From Acidobacteriaceae bacterium (GTDB taxonomy: Bacteria; Acidobacteriota; Terriglobia; Terriglobales; Acidobacteriaceae): DNA of 64,000 nt. Under the pieces are notes generated by a model that saw only the letters and a program-made list of their open reading frames with translations, searched no databases and was not told the origin of the DNA. The stretch lies in NCBI GenBank assembly GCA_025355385.1, contig JANXZS010000071.1:4620-68619 (forward strand), given 5' to 3'. The position numbers and the translations under genes are program-made. Positions 29,242 through 38,950 of the stretch are shown here, piece by piece. Positions within the stretch are counted from its first letter, which is position 1; each line of letters begins with the position of its first letter.

Positions 29242-29895
29242 ATGGCAGTTCTAGTGGTCGGCGGAAACTCGCGCAACATCGGAAAGACCTCGGTAGTAGC
29301 CAGCTTGATTGGCAATCTGGTCGAGATGCACTGGACCGCCTTCAAAATCACCCAGCATGGTCACCTGGTATGCGACGGCAAGGGCCCATATTGCGATTGC
29401 ATTACCTCGCAGCACACGGTTGCGTTTACCGAGGAGACCAACCGCACTTCGGGCCGAGACAGTGCGCGGTATCTTTACGCTGGTGCGATACGATCGTTTT
29501 TGATTCGAACGCGGCCGGGCAGTTTGCCTGAGGCGATCCCCAGGCTTCGGGCCGAGTGTGCAGCGGCAGAGAACGCCATTATCGAATCGAACAGCGTGAT
29601 GGAATTTCTCCATCCGCATCTTTACCTGACGGTTCTGGATCCTGGGATGGGTGACTTTAAGGCATCCGCCAATCTGTTTCTTGAGCGGGCCGATGCCATC
29701 CTGTGGCGATCAAGTAAGCCTGTGCGGCGTCAATCCTCATGGCCGTTGGGAGTGGAGGCTGTGATCGAGACGAAGCCGCAATTCGTGCTTACGCCGCCAG
29801 ACTACTCGTCAGCAGAGTTGCTGGCTTTTGTACGCGAGCGGCTAGTGCGCTTGGTCAGGTCTCCTGCTGCGCTGCCACTGTCGGCCAGCGGCTGA
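29242..29895 (+). CDS. hypothetical P-loop protein (BioD/CobQ-like glycine-rich loop)
   Basis: N-terminus MAVLVVGGNSRNIGKTSVV. 12 nt after the lpxD stop. No confident family. Confidence 0.6.
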   Translation: MAVLVVGGNSRNIGKTSVVASLIGNLVEMHWTAFKITQHGHLVCDGKGPYCDCITSQHTVAFTEETNRTSGRDSARYLYAGAIRSFLIRTRPGSLPEAIPRLRAECAAAENAIIESNSVMEFLHPHLYLTVLDPGMGDFKASANLFLERADAILWRSSKPVRRQSSWPLGVEAVIETKPQFVLTPPDYSSAELLAFVRERLVRLVRSPAALPLSASG

Positions 29896-29899
29896 AAAA

Positions 29900-30121
29900 T
29901 CAGTTGTTCGCTGGGAACGGCTCCATCTTCATGGAACCATCCTTCTGCTTCAGCAGGATCTGTACCTTACCTTCGGCTGCTTCCAGTTCCTGTTTGCAAG
30001 CATTCGACAGGCCCACGCCTTCTTCAAAAAGCTTGATGGAGTCCTCCAGCGGCAAATCTCCGCGCTCAAGCTGGTCGACGATGGTTTCCAGTTGTTTCAG
30101 TTGCTCTTCGAATGTAGCCAT
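29900..30121 (-). CDS. xseB: exodeoxyribonuclease VII small subunit
   Basis: FEEQLKQLETIVDQLERGDLPLEDSIKLFEEGVGL is the classic XseB pattern. Confidence 0.85.
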   Translation of the reverse strand: MATFEEQLKQLETIVDQLERGDLPLEDSIKLFEEGVGLSNACKQELEAAEGKVQILLKQKDGSMKMEPFPANN

Positions 30122-30134
30122 CGCGAGTTCCTCT

Positions 30135-32051
30135 TTACTTTGGAGAGACTACAGAGACGTGGCTCGTAGCCGACGGAAGCACTGCGGCAATTACCTCGGC
30201 CGCTACCGTATAGCGCCCGAAGGGCGCACTGACCTGCGTGCCCTCGACCATAAACCGGGCCTGGGCCAGCATCTCCTGCGCAATGCGTATGCCTTCGAGG
30301 CGCGACAGCTCCGGCGTGTCGGCATTCTGCATCCGCAGCATGATCTCATCCGGCATGGAGACGCGCAGATCATTCTTCATGAACTCCGCATTGCGCAAGC
30401 TGGTGAGCGGCCAGATGCCAGCAATAACGGGTATGCGGAAGCCCTCAATTCGCTTCAGAAATAACTCCAGCAGGCGAAGATCGAAGACAGGTTGCGTGAT
30501 CGCGTATTCGGCTCCGGCCTCGACTTTGAAAGCGAAGCGGCGAATCTCGTTTTCGATGTCGGGGACTCCCGGATTCGCAGCGACTCCGATGGTGAAGCCG
30601 GTGGACGCGCCGATGGGATTGCTGCCGATGTCCAGGCCGAAGTTCAGGCGGTGCACGATATTCACTAGCCCGATAGCATCGACGTCAAAGACAGCAGTGG
30701 CGTCGGGATAGTTGCCAATCTTGGGCGGATCTCCAGTCAGGCACAGTATATTTTTCAGCCCAATCGACGACGCGCCGAGCAGGTCGGACTGAATGCTCAG
30801 CACGTTTCTGTCCCGGCACGTGTAGTGAAGGATGGTTTCAATGCCGGTTTGTTGCTGGATCTGGATGCAAAGACTCTGTGCGCTCATCCGTGCCGATGCG
30901 CGAGGCGAATCCGGGACGTTGATAGCGTGCACTCCAAGCGAAGCCAGCAGGCGTGCGCCCTCGATCTCCTTGGTACAGGAGATACCGCGAGGTGGAACGA
31001 TCTCAACCATGGTTACAAATTCACCGCGGCTGACGAGATTGCCGATGAGCGAACGTTCCGCCAGGGGCGCGGGCGCCGTTTCGCTTAGGATCGGCTCCTT
31101 CGACGTGCCGGTAACGCTCACCTTCTGTGCATCCACGGCGCGAAAGGCCGACTTCATGGCGCGGATATGGTTGGGCGTGGTGCCGCAACAGCCGCCGATG
31201 AACTGCACTCCAACCTTCAAGAACTTGCGCGCGAAGCTGGCCATGTATTCCGGCGAACAAAGGTAGATGTTGCGTCCGTCGATGGCACGGGGCATGCCCG
31301 CGTTCGGCATGGCTGCGAGCGGTACGTCAACGACTGCGGCCATGCGCTCGATAGCCGTTAATACGGTGGCAGGGCCGACGCTGCAATTACAGCCAATCGC
31401 ATCCGCTCCCCACTCCACCAGCCGCGTGGCCGCACTCTCGGGAGAAGATCCATCGAGACAATTGTCGTCTTCGTCCACCGTTACCATCGCAATGACGGGA
31501 AGAGTGGGTGCGACCTCTTTCGCTGCTTTGAGGGCCTGCTCTGCTTCGTTTAGTGCTGAAATGGTCTCAATAATCAACAAGTCGACGCCGCCCGCGACCA
31601 GTCCGCGAATCTGTTCCGCGAACGCAGTGCGAGCCTCATCCAGGCCCACCTTTCCCACCGGCTCCAGCAGCAAGCCTAGTGGACCGACCGCGCCAGCGAC
31701 GAAGGCGTGGGAAGCCTGCTTGTCTTCAACCTGTGCGACTGCCTGACGGGCCAGACTGGCCCCTGCCTTGTTGATTTCAAAAACGCGGTCCTGCAGTCCG
31801 TAGCGCTGCAGGCGGAAAGAGTTGGCCCCAAACGTATTGGTCTCAATGATCTCGGCGCCGGCCTGCAGATACTCCTCGTGAATGGTGCGGACCAGTTCCG
31901 GGTCCGACAGGTTCAACTCATCGAAGCAGCGGTTGATGAAGATACCGCGGGCATATAGCGCGGTGCCCATGGCTCCATCGCATAACACCATCCGGCCGCC
32001 AAAAACTTCTTTCAGTCGATTGGGCATGGAGTCAGCTTTTTCCCGGTACAT
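30135..32051 (-). CDS. bifunctional homocysteine S-methyltransferase / 5,10-methylenetetrahydrofolate reductase (YitJ-like)
   Basis: N-terminal Hcy-binding domain (LCDGAMGTALY...GGCCGTTP) fused to a C-terminal MTHFR domain (ISCTKE..., LCLTGDPP). Confidence 0.85.
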   Translation of the reverse strand: MYREKADSMPNRLKEVFGGRMVLCDGAMGTALYARGIFINRCFDELNLSDPELVRTIHEEYLQAGAEIIETNTFGANSFRLQRYGLQDRVFEINKAGASLARQAVAQVEDKQASHAFVAGAVGPLGLLLEPVGKVGLDEARTAFAEQIRGLVAGGVDLLIIETISALNEAEQALKAAKEVAPTLPVIAMVTVDEDDNCLDGSSPESAATRLVEWGADAIGCNCSVGPATVLTAIERMAAVVDVPLAAMPNAGMPRAIDGRNIYLCSPEYMASFARKFLKVGVQFIGGCCGTTPNHIRAMKSAFRAVDAQKVSVTGTSKEPILSETAPAPLAERSLIGNLVSRGEFVTMVEIVPPRGISCTKEIEGARLLASLGVHAINVPDSPRASARMSAQSLCIQIQQQTGIETILHYTCRDRNVLSIQSDLLGASSIGLKNILCLTGDPPKIGNYPDATAVFDVDAIGLVNIVHRLNFGLDIGSNPIGASTGFTIGVAANPGVPDIENEIRRFAFKVEAGAEYAITQPVFDLRLLELFLKRIEGFRIPVIAGIWPLTSLRNAEFMKNDLRVSMPDEIMLRMQNADTPELSRLEGIRIAQEMLAQARFMVEGTQVSAPFGRYTVAAEVIAAVLPSATSHVSVVSPK

Positions 32052-32243
32052 ACTATCAATTTACAGTGAGCAGCCTCGCGAGGGAACCATGGCATATACC
32101 GAGTTCCGTCCGCACGGCTCTTCGAAGTCAAAGAGACTCGTTTCGTTGCGCCCCTTCTACTGGGTTGATCCCACGTCCCGCTCCACCCGCCGGTCGGAGC
32201 GAAGCTGGTCCCATCGCTTTGTTATACTTAGTCTTCTCGCGTT

Positions 32244-33686
32244 TTGTCTGCGTGGCAGGTGAGGTCTAAAGGTTTGAATAAGAGAAGTGGACGCTGTTTC
32301 TGGCTCTGTGCAGCGCTGTGCTGCGCCGTTTTTTTCGTGACCGGCTGTGGTAAAAACTTTTATTTTGCCGGGCGCATTTTACCTCCGAGCAAGGTAAAAA
32401 ATCGGGTGTTGATTGCCATCCAGAATCCTGGTCCTTTCAACAAAGGTCAGTTGTTGTTTGTGGACGCTTTTTACGACATTCGCCATAGCTTCGATAACAA
32501 GCTTCCACAGTTCTCCATAGGCGGGTTTGGCGGAGCACAACCAGTCACGATCCAGAACATACCGGAGCACCAGAACGGCGCAATCTACAACTCGGGCGAC
32601 GGAAGCCTTGTACTTGCCGATTATGCGACCGAGGCTGCGCAAGCCGCTATTGGAGGGCTTGCCGGCCCCTCCTCCAGCGTCTTCATCACGCAGGACTTGA
32701 GGTTTGTCTACGCTGCCAGCCAGCAGTCTCACGCGCTGACCGTCCTCGATCGTGGACTCGGCGCAAGCTACTATCTGAACCTTCCTGGGATCTTTCGGGT
32801 TTCGGTCAATCCTTCTGGGACAGTAGTTCTGGCCTTCGTGCAAAACAGCGATACGGTGTATAGCCTGGTTCACCTGCAGGCAAACCAGACTCTTCCTCCC
32901 AGCGTTCATGCGGCTGACTGCGAACCACAGAATCTGCCAATTTACTGCGCAGTCCCAGTCGTGGACAAATTGGGCAACCCAATCAAATTTGATCGCCCGA
33001 CGAAGGCTGTCTTTTCGCCCGACGGCAGCACCGGCTACGTTCTGAACTGCGGACCCGAATGCGGTGGCAGCCAGGCGAGCGTCAGTTATCTCCCCACCGC
33101 GGGAGTGATAGTAAATAGCGGCACATCCAGCGTGGCACCCGGAGCAGGACTTGATCTCACAGGCTTTATCCCGATCCCCGGAGGCGCCACCAACGCTTTG
33201 CCAGCGGGAAACACGCTGTACGTCGCAGGCCAGCAGTTGCAGCCGGACGGGCTTTTCTCCGGCAACCTCACAGTGCTGGATGCTGCGGGGCAGAAGGTGT
33301 CCGGGCAGTATGGCATCACTGACGGACCCCACAGCAAAATGATCCTGGCCGACGACAACACGCTATGGATCGGGTCTACACTGTGCCAGGAAGGCGAACG
33401 TTATCTTGGCAGCGCCTCATCGGCCGCCGACAAGACCACGGGATGCCTGGCGATGTTCAATACCGCGACTCAGGCGGTGATGTTCGATTCCTACAAGGGC
33501 GACCTGACAGGACTGGCGGCGGTCACGCAGTTGCACAAGCTCTATGTCGCGGAAGGTGGGCAGGTTCACATCTACTCTACGGTCGATGGTCACGAACTCG
33601 ACAATTCGCAGGTGACAATTACAGGTACTGCATACGATGTGGCCTACATGGACGGCGCCAGCAACGGCAATAACACCACCTACTAG
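32244..33686 (+). CDS. hypothetical lipoprotein, beta-propeller-like repeats
   Basis: Lipobox FFVTGC. Repeated strand motifs (VYAASQQSHALTVLD, AVFSPDGSTGYVLN, TLYVAGQQ, KLYVAEGGQVHIY). Start codon uncertain. Confidence 0.65.
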   Translation: MSAWQVRSKGLNKRSGRCFWLCAALCCAVFFVTGCGKNFYFAGRILPPSKVKNRVLIAIQNPGPFNKGQLLFVDAFYDIRHSFDNKLPQFSIGGFGGAQPVTIQNIPEHQNGAIYNSGDGSLVLADYATEAAQAAIGGLAGPSSSVFITQDLRFVYAASQQSHALTVLDRGLGASYYLNLPGIFRVSVNPSGTVVLAFVQNSDTVYSLVHLQANQTLPPSVHAADCEPQNLPIYCAVPVVDKLGNPIKFDRPTKAVFSPDGSTGYVLNCGPECGGSQASVSYLPTAGVIVNSGTSSVAPGAGLDLTGFIPIPGGATNALPAGNTLYVAGQQLQPDGLFSGNLTVLDAAGQKVSGQYGITDGPHSKMILADDNTLWIGSTLCQEGERYLGSASSAADKTTGCLAMFNTATQAVMFDSYKGDLTGLAAVTQLHKLYVAEGGQVHIYSTVDGHELDNSQVTITGTAYDVAYMDGASNGNNTTY

Positions 33687-33748
33687 ATTTGTGTTGGCTG
33701 CCGCTCCAATAGCGCCCGAATTCTTGCACCACCCCGGTTCTCTTCACC

Positions 33749-34471
33749 ATGACTGAAGACTTCTCCGCCGACATCCTTGCCATCGCAGCACACCGCGACG
33801 ATGTTGAGCAGACATGCGGCGGAACCCTGCTCCGCATGGCATCCCTCGGGCTACACACGGCGATACTCGATTTGACCCAAGGCGAGGCGGGCACACGTGG
33901 CACGGCAGCGGAGCGAGGAGCGGAAGCAGCGGAGGCGGCACGCATCCTGAGAGTGGCCTGGCGCCATGCGCTCGATCTGCCCGATGGCCGCGTTGAAAAT
34001 AATTTTGAAAACAAGTTGAAAGTGGTGCGGGTCCTGCGTAGACTTCAACCTCGGGTCGTTATCCTGCCAATAGGGCAGGGCCGCCATCCCGATCACTACA
34101 CCGCATCGACCCTCGGCTACGAAGCATGCTTCCTCTCCGGACTAAAGAAGATCGATACGGGAGACCCGCCGCATCGCCCTTTCAAGATCGTTTACGCCAG
34201 TCTATATGCGGATGTGCGGCCCAGCTTTGTCGTCGATATCACGGACTTCATCGAACTACGCTTCGCATCGCTCCTGGCCTACCGGTCGCAATACGCAAAC
34301 CAATCCCAAGGTGGCGGATTATTTGTGCCTGAAGAGGAGATTCGCGAGCGCACCTTCTCTGAGGCGCGGCATTACGGACTGCTGGGCGGGGTGCGTTACG
34401 CCGAGCCCTTCGTACAGAAGGAAGTTGGCCTGGTCGGCGACTTGACTCTCCTACCAGTGCAATCGATATAG
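33749..34471 (+). CDS. PIG-L/LmbE-family deacetylase (BshB1-like)
   Basis: ILAIAAHRDDVEQTCGGTLL ... DLTQGEAGTRG ... HPDH motifs. Confidence 0.8.
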   Translation: MTEDFSADILAIAAHRDDVEQTCGGTLLRMASLGLHTAILDLTQGEAGTRGTAAERGAEAAEAARILRVAWRHALDLPDGRVENNFENKLKVVRVLRRLQPRVVILPIGQGRHPDHYTASTLGYEACFLSGLKKIDTGDPPHRPFKIVYASLYADVRPSFVVDITDFIELRFASLLAYRSQYANQSQGGGLFVPEEEIRERTFSEARHYGLLGGVRYAEPFVQKEVGLVGDLTLLPVQSI

Positions 34472-34568
34472 AGCCATTTCGCTTCTAATGGGTTTTGGGG
34501 GAAATGCGGTACCACGACTGAAGAGTCGACTTGGAGTCCGCTTCGGATTCGTCTGGGATGGAATTGGC

Positions 34569-34931
34569 CTAACCGATTTTGACGAAGAGCATCCGCATCC
34601 CCACTATGATGAGGGTGGTCGCGAAGATGCGACGCAATAGCAATTCCGAAATATGCTGGGCACCCACCCCGCCGAAATAAGCGCCCAGGGTGAAGCCCGC
34701 CGCCAGCAGCAGGCCAGTCTTCAGATCGGCGTTGCCGCGCCGATAGTATTCCAGAAATGCCAGGATGCCTACCGGCGCCAGCATGGCTGCGAGTGAGGTG
34801 CCCTGCGCCCGGTGCTGGCTCATATGGAAGAAGTAAACCAGCGCGGGTACCATCAGGATTCCACCACCGAGACCAACCACGCCGGAGAAGCCTCCCACGA
34901 GTAGCCCAATCAGTAACGCGAGCAAAGTCAT
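34569..34931 (-). CDS. TSUP (TauE/SafE) family membrane protein, half-size (120 aa)
   Basis: GGFSGVVGLGGGILMVPAL... and a second G-rich helix. Only about 4 TM segments. Confidence 0.75.
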   Translation of the reverse strand: MTLLALLIGLLVGGFSGVVGLGGGILMVPALVYFFHMSQHRAQGTSLAAMLAPVGILAFLEYYRRGNADLKTGLLLAAGFTLGAYFGGVGAQHISELLLRRIFATTLIIVGMRMLFVKIG

Positions 34932-35257
34932 TGCAATTCCGTCCTCAGGGCCACATCCGGCTGGCCGATCAATACCTTCTGCTCAATCTTAATGCGGAGG
35001 GCGTCCTCTGAGTGGCAACCCGCAACAGTTGAGAGGGTGTCGTCGCAGCCATCGCCTTGAGGCGGGCGAATCCTCGTATTTCCCTTCGCATTAGATTCGT
35101 GGGGAAAGATAACCTCGTGGACAGCGCGGTGGCGCGGCAGTATTCACGAAACGTTTGCAATTCCTTCGCCCGGATGCGGTACCCTGAGGGCATCCTCGCG
35201 TAGCGGGTGATCGCGCTATCTTGAACAAAAACATCGCGAGGAACGAGGAAATTCCGG

Positions 35258-35956
35258 TTGAGCCAGACTGTTTTCGTTCTCGAGGATGATACCGACATCT
35301 CCCGTCTCGTGCAGCACCATCTAGAGGCTGCAGGATTTGCGGTTCGCGTGTATGGAACCCCCGTTAACATCGTTGCCGATGCCGAACGGCAGGCCCCGGC
35401 GCTCTTTCTTCTGGACATCATGGTGCCGGGTGGCGATGGACTGGACGTCTGCCGCCGCCTGCGAAACCATGCTGCGCTGAGCACCGTTCCGATCATCTTT
35501 CTTACCGCTCGGGCGGGGGAGAACGATCGTGTACTGGGCCTCGAGCTGGGCGCCGACGACTACATCACCAAGCCCTTTGCCACGCGAGAGCTGGTCGCGA
35601 GGGTCAAAGCAGTTCTGCGCCGCTTTGAGCGTCCTACCACCCCGTCGGTCATCAGCTTTGAAGAAGTGATCATCGACGCAAGCGCCATGCAGTTGAAGGT
35701 TCGCGGAGAGTTGACCACCACCACGGCTACCGAGTTTCGCCTCCTGGATTATCTCGCCAGGCACCCCGGGCGCGTCTTCAGCCGGGATCACCTGCTGGAT
35801 GCGGTGTGGGGCGATGCCCGCTTTGTGACTCCGAGGTCGGTGGATGTGTACGTCCGTAGGATTCGCGAGAAGATCGAAACGGATCCTGAGAATCCGCGTT
35901 ATCTAAAGACTGTTCGCGGCGCCGGATATCGTTTCGAGGTTCCGCGCCCGGCGTGA
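35258..35956 (+). CDS. phoB: OmpR/PhoB-family response regulator
   Basis: Receiver domain (VFVLEDDTDI...LLDIMVPGGDG) plus winged helix (VDVYVRRIREKIE...YLKTVRGAGYRF). TTG start. Heads the Pho block. Confidence 0.8.
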   Translation: MSQTVFVLEDDTDISRLVQHHLEAAGFAVRVYGTPVNIVADAERQAPALFLLDIMVPGGDGLDVCRRLRNHAALSTVPIIFLTARAGENDRVLGLELGADDYITKPFATRELVARVKAVLRRFERPTTPSVISFEEVIIDASAMQLKVRGELTTTTATEFRLLDYLARHPGRVFSRDHLLDAVWGDARFVTPRSVDVYVRRIREKIETDPENPRYLKTVRGAGYRFEVPRPA

Positions 35957-36024
35957 TAGCGTTTTGATCGTGCGTTGCACCCGGGGGTTAGTTAACGGGT
36001 ACGGGATGGGCAGGGAATACCGTC

Positions 36025-37782
36025 GTGAGTGGAAAGGTTTTTACCAAGCTACTGTCTCTATTCGTCCTCGTGCTTTTACTGGGGACGACCGTCCTGGATT
36101 TCTCGCTGCGCCGGATCGTGGAGCATTCGCTTCATGACCAGGCGGAGCGTTCGCTTATCGCCAAAGCGAGGCTGGTCGCCAGCCAGCTCCGTCGATCCGA
36201 CCAGCCGGCGAGCCTGGCCGATAGAGTTCGCCAGCAGGCCAGCGCGGCCGGGGCCGCAGTAACCATTCTCGATCGTCAGGGGCACCTGCTGGCCAGGTCC
36301 GCTGCGTCCGACAGCACGAGCCCGCTCCAAGTCGACATTACCTCTCAAGAAGTTCGGGATGTCATTCAACGCAAGCGTCAGACCGGACGGTCGGAACGCA
36401 ATGGTGTGCTTTACGTCGCGGTTGCGGACAGCGGCGGAAGCGCCCCCGACGACGATTTGGTAGTGGACCTCGCCTACCCTCTAGATGAGGTCTACAGCAC
36501 CTTGCGGTTGCTGCATCGCGACATCCTGCTGGCTACGCTGCTATCGCTCGTTTTCGCGATACTTCTGTCGGCGCTGCTGGCGCAACGTGTCTCGCATCGC
36601 CTGCGGCGTATCGTCACCTTTGCCAATCGCGTGGCTTCCGGCGACCTCACGGCGCGCGTGGAAGAGGCAAGTCTCGACGAGCTTTCAGCCGTCGCGCGTG
36701 CCCTCGACACAACAGCGGCACGTCTTGAAAAAAGCTTCAACGATCTGCAAAGCAGCCGCAGGGAACTGGCCGCGCTGCTCGACAGCATGCAGGAGGCGGT
36801 CATCGCCGTCACCGACCAGGGGCAGGTCAGCTGGTCGAACACTGTGATGCGGCGCATTGCTCCCCATGCTGTTAGGGAGGGGCAGTCCCTGGTCCACACT
36901 ATTCGCGATCCTGAAGTCCTTGCCTGTGTTGAGGGCGCGCTGCGCGATAGAGAGGTCACGAGAGGGCGTGCAACGTCGGTCGCTCCCGGCAGAATTTTTG
37001 ACATCAGCGCCGCGCCAACGCCCGGTGGAGGCGCCGTTGCAGTATTGCATGACGTCACCGAGATAGAGCGCGCGGAGAAGACTCGCCGCGACTTTATTGC
37101 CAATGTTTCGCACGAACTGCGCACCCCGCTCACGTCTATCTCAGGCTATGTAGAAACGCTGCTGGAAGAGCCTCAGATCCGCGAGGATCAAGCCCGCGAG
37201 TTCATGACCATCATCCTCAAGAATGCTACCCGTATGAACCGCCTTACTGAGGATTTGCTGGCACTTGCCAGCGTGGAGTCGGGAGACTACAAGGTGCGTC
37301 CACTGCCGGTGAAAGCCTCGGCGCTGGTGGAGGACGCTATAGAATTGCTGGCCGGCATGGTGCTCGACTCCGAGGTAACGTTGGAGGCGGGGGCGACAGT
37401 TGACGACATTGTGCTGGCGGACGCCGACGCCCTGAACCAGGTCTTCGGCAACCTTATTGAAAATGCGATGAAATATGGCAAATCTGGCGGCCGCGTGGTT
37501 GTAGCGGCGCGCCTGCAGGAGCATGTAGTCGCATTCTCCGTCCAGGATTTTGGGCCGGGAATTGCCTCCGAGCACCTCAATCGTATCTTCGAGCGTTTCT
37601 ACCGCGTCGATAAAGCGCGGTCGCGCGAGTCAGGTGGAACCGGGCTCGGCCTGGCGATCTCAAAACACATCGTCCTTGCACATGGGGGCACGATCTGGGC
37701 CGAGAGTGAACTGGGCTTGGGAACGACCTTCATCTTCACCCTGCCTCCCGCGGCTCCGCGCTCGGCTCTATCTGACGGATGA
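36025..37782 (+). CDS. phoR: phosphate-regulon-type sensor histidine kinase
   Basis: TM-sensor-TM, HAMP, PAS, HisKA box FIANVSHELRTPLTSI, ATPase G-box SGGTGLGLAISK. GTG start. Confidence 0.8.
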   Translation: MSGKVFTKLLSLFVLVLLLGTTVLDFSLRRIVEHSLHDQAERSLIAKARLVASQLRRSDQPASLADRVRQQASAAGAAVTILDRQGHLLARSAASDSTSPLQVDITSQEVRDVIQRKRQTGRSERNGVLYVAVADSGGSAPDDDLVVDLAYPLDEVYSTLRLLHRDILLATLLSLVFAILLSALLAQRVSHRLRRIVTFANRVASGDLTARVEEASLDELSAVARALDTTAARLEKSFNDLQSSRRELAALLDSMQEAVIAVTDQGQVSWSNTVMRRIAPHAVREGQSLVHTIRDPEVLACVEGALRDREVTRGRATSVAPGRIFDISAAPTPGGGAVAVLHDVTEIERAEKTRRDFIANVSHELRTPLTSISGYVETLLEEPQIREDQAREFMTIILKNATRMNRLTEDLLALASVESGDYKVRPLPVKASALVEDAIELLAGMVLDSEVTLEAGATVDDIVLADADALNQVFGNLIENAMKYGKSGGRVVVAARLQEHVVAFSVQDFGPGIASEHLNRIFERFYRVDKARSRESGGTGLGLAISKHIVLAHGGTIWAESELGLGTTFIFTLPPAAPRSALSDG

Positions 37783-37845
37783 TCAAAAGAAGTTGTCTTA
37801 GATTCTGCAATATGCGAAGAATTAACCCGGGGCTTTTAGCCGCAT

Positions 37846-37863
37846 ATTTACCTGAATGTAAAT
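37846..37863 (+). promoter_or_regulatory. inverted repeat ATTTAC-N6-GTAAAT upstream of pstS (candidate operator/promoter element)
   Basis: Read directly. About 80 nt upstream of the pstS GTG. Flanked by TTTA(G/C/A)CC-like words at 37835, 37847 and 37868. Confidence 0.2.
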
Positions 37864-37942
37864 AGCCTTTAACAATTAAGACCAAGAATGAAGACGACTT
37901 CATTTTAGGGATTTGAGTGAGAGGGATTTCAAGGGGGAACCA

Positions 37943-38950
37943 GTGAGAAAGAAATTACTTATTGTTTCGGCGCTGACGGTGCTCGCAGCGACTTCCAGTC
38001 TTGCGCAGAAGATCAATGGGGCCGGCGCCACATTCCCGTATCCAATTTATTCCAAATGGTTTAGCGAATACAGTGCAGCGCATCAGGGTATCCAGATCAA
38101 CTATCAATCCATCGGTAGCGGGGGCGGCATACGCCAGGTTTCGGTCGGTACGGTCGACTTTGGTGCCAGCGATGGCCCGATGAGCGACGCTCAACTCGCC
38201 GAATCCAAGGTCAAGCTGGTGCATATCCCTACCGTGGTGGGTGCAGTGGTTCCCATTTATAACCTTCCCGGGGTTGGACAGGGTCTCAAATTTGCTCCGG
38301 ATGTTTTGGCCGATATCTACCTCGGCAAGATCAGCAACTGGAGCGATGCGCGCATTGCGAAAGATAATTCGGGAGTGAAACTACCGAACCAGGAAATCTT
38401 TGTAGTTCACCGTTCGGATGGTAGTGGCACTACTTACATCTTCACCGATTACCTATCTAAGGTCAGCAACGATTGGAAGGGTGGTCCAGGCAAAGGCACA
38501 GCAGTCAACTGGCCCAAGGGCATTGGCGGCAAGGGCAACGAAGCTATTGCGGGCATGGTTCGCCAGATGCCCGGCGCAATGGGCTATGTGGAACTCATTT
38601 ATGCGCTGCAGAATAAGATTCCCTATGGCGCAGTGCGCAATGTTTCCGGTAACTGGGTGAGCGGCAGCATCGAGGGCGTGACCCAGGCAGCGGCAAGCGT
38701 CAAGTCGATGCCAGCCGACTATCGCGTATCGATTACCAACGCGCCGGGCAAGGACTCCTATCCAATATCGAGCTTCACTTGGCTCTTGATTCCCGTCAAG
38801 GCTCAGGACGGGTCAAAGGGCAAGGTGATCAAGGAGTTCCTTCAATGGATGCTGGATCACGGGCAGTCTGAGGCGGCGGCACTCTACTATGCGCCGCTTC
38901 CCAAGGAAGTCGCGAACAAGGTTCGCGGAACTGTGGCAGGGCTGCAATAA
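37943..38950 (+). CDS. pstS: phosphate ABC transporter substrate-binding protein
   Basis: Trimmed to GTG 37943 (RBS AAGGGGGA). Signal peptide KKLLIVSALTVLAATSSLAQ. GAGATFPYPIYSKW and RSDGSGTT motifs. Confidence 0.9.
   Translation: MRKKLLIVSALTVLAATSSLAQKINGAGATFPYPIYSKWFSEYSAAHQGIQINYQSIGSGGGIRQVSVGTVDFGASDGPMSDAQLAESKVKLVHIPTVVGAVVPIYNLPGVGQGLKFAPDVLADIYLGKISNWSDARIAKDNSGVKLPNQEIFVVHRSDGSGTTYIFTDYLSKVSNDWKGGPGKGTAVNWPKGIGGKGNEAIAGMVRQMPGAMGYVELIYALQNKIPYGAVRNVSGNWVSGSIEGVTQAAASVKSMPADYRVSITNAPGKDSYPISSFTWLLIPVKAQDGSKGKVIKEFLQWMLDHGQSEAAALYYAPLPKEVANKVRGTVAGLQ

Noticed and set aside
32052-32243. Possible SAM (S-box) riboswitch in the leader of the YitJ-like gene. B. subtilis yitJ is S-box regulated, and the minus-strand leader contains GGUGGAGCGGGAC and a CGCAACG...CGUGCG pairing reminiscent of SAM-I P2/P3.
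   Set aside because: There is no P1/J1-2 (UAUCAAGAG ... AGAUGAG) equivalent. The kink-turn GA pairs and pseudoknot partners could not be placed, and no terminator or SD-sequestering helix is evident. A covariance-model scan (Rfam SAM-I, SAM-IV, SAM-I/IV) would be decisive. Without it I do not call it.
34969-35496. 175-aa minus-strand ORF spanning the TSUP/phoB intergenic region and the start of phoB.
   Set aside because: It overlaps the well-supported response-regulator N-terminus in antisense. Its product is Arg/Ser/Thr-rich and featureless.
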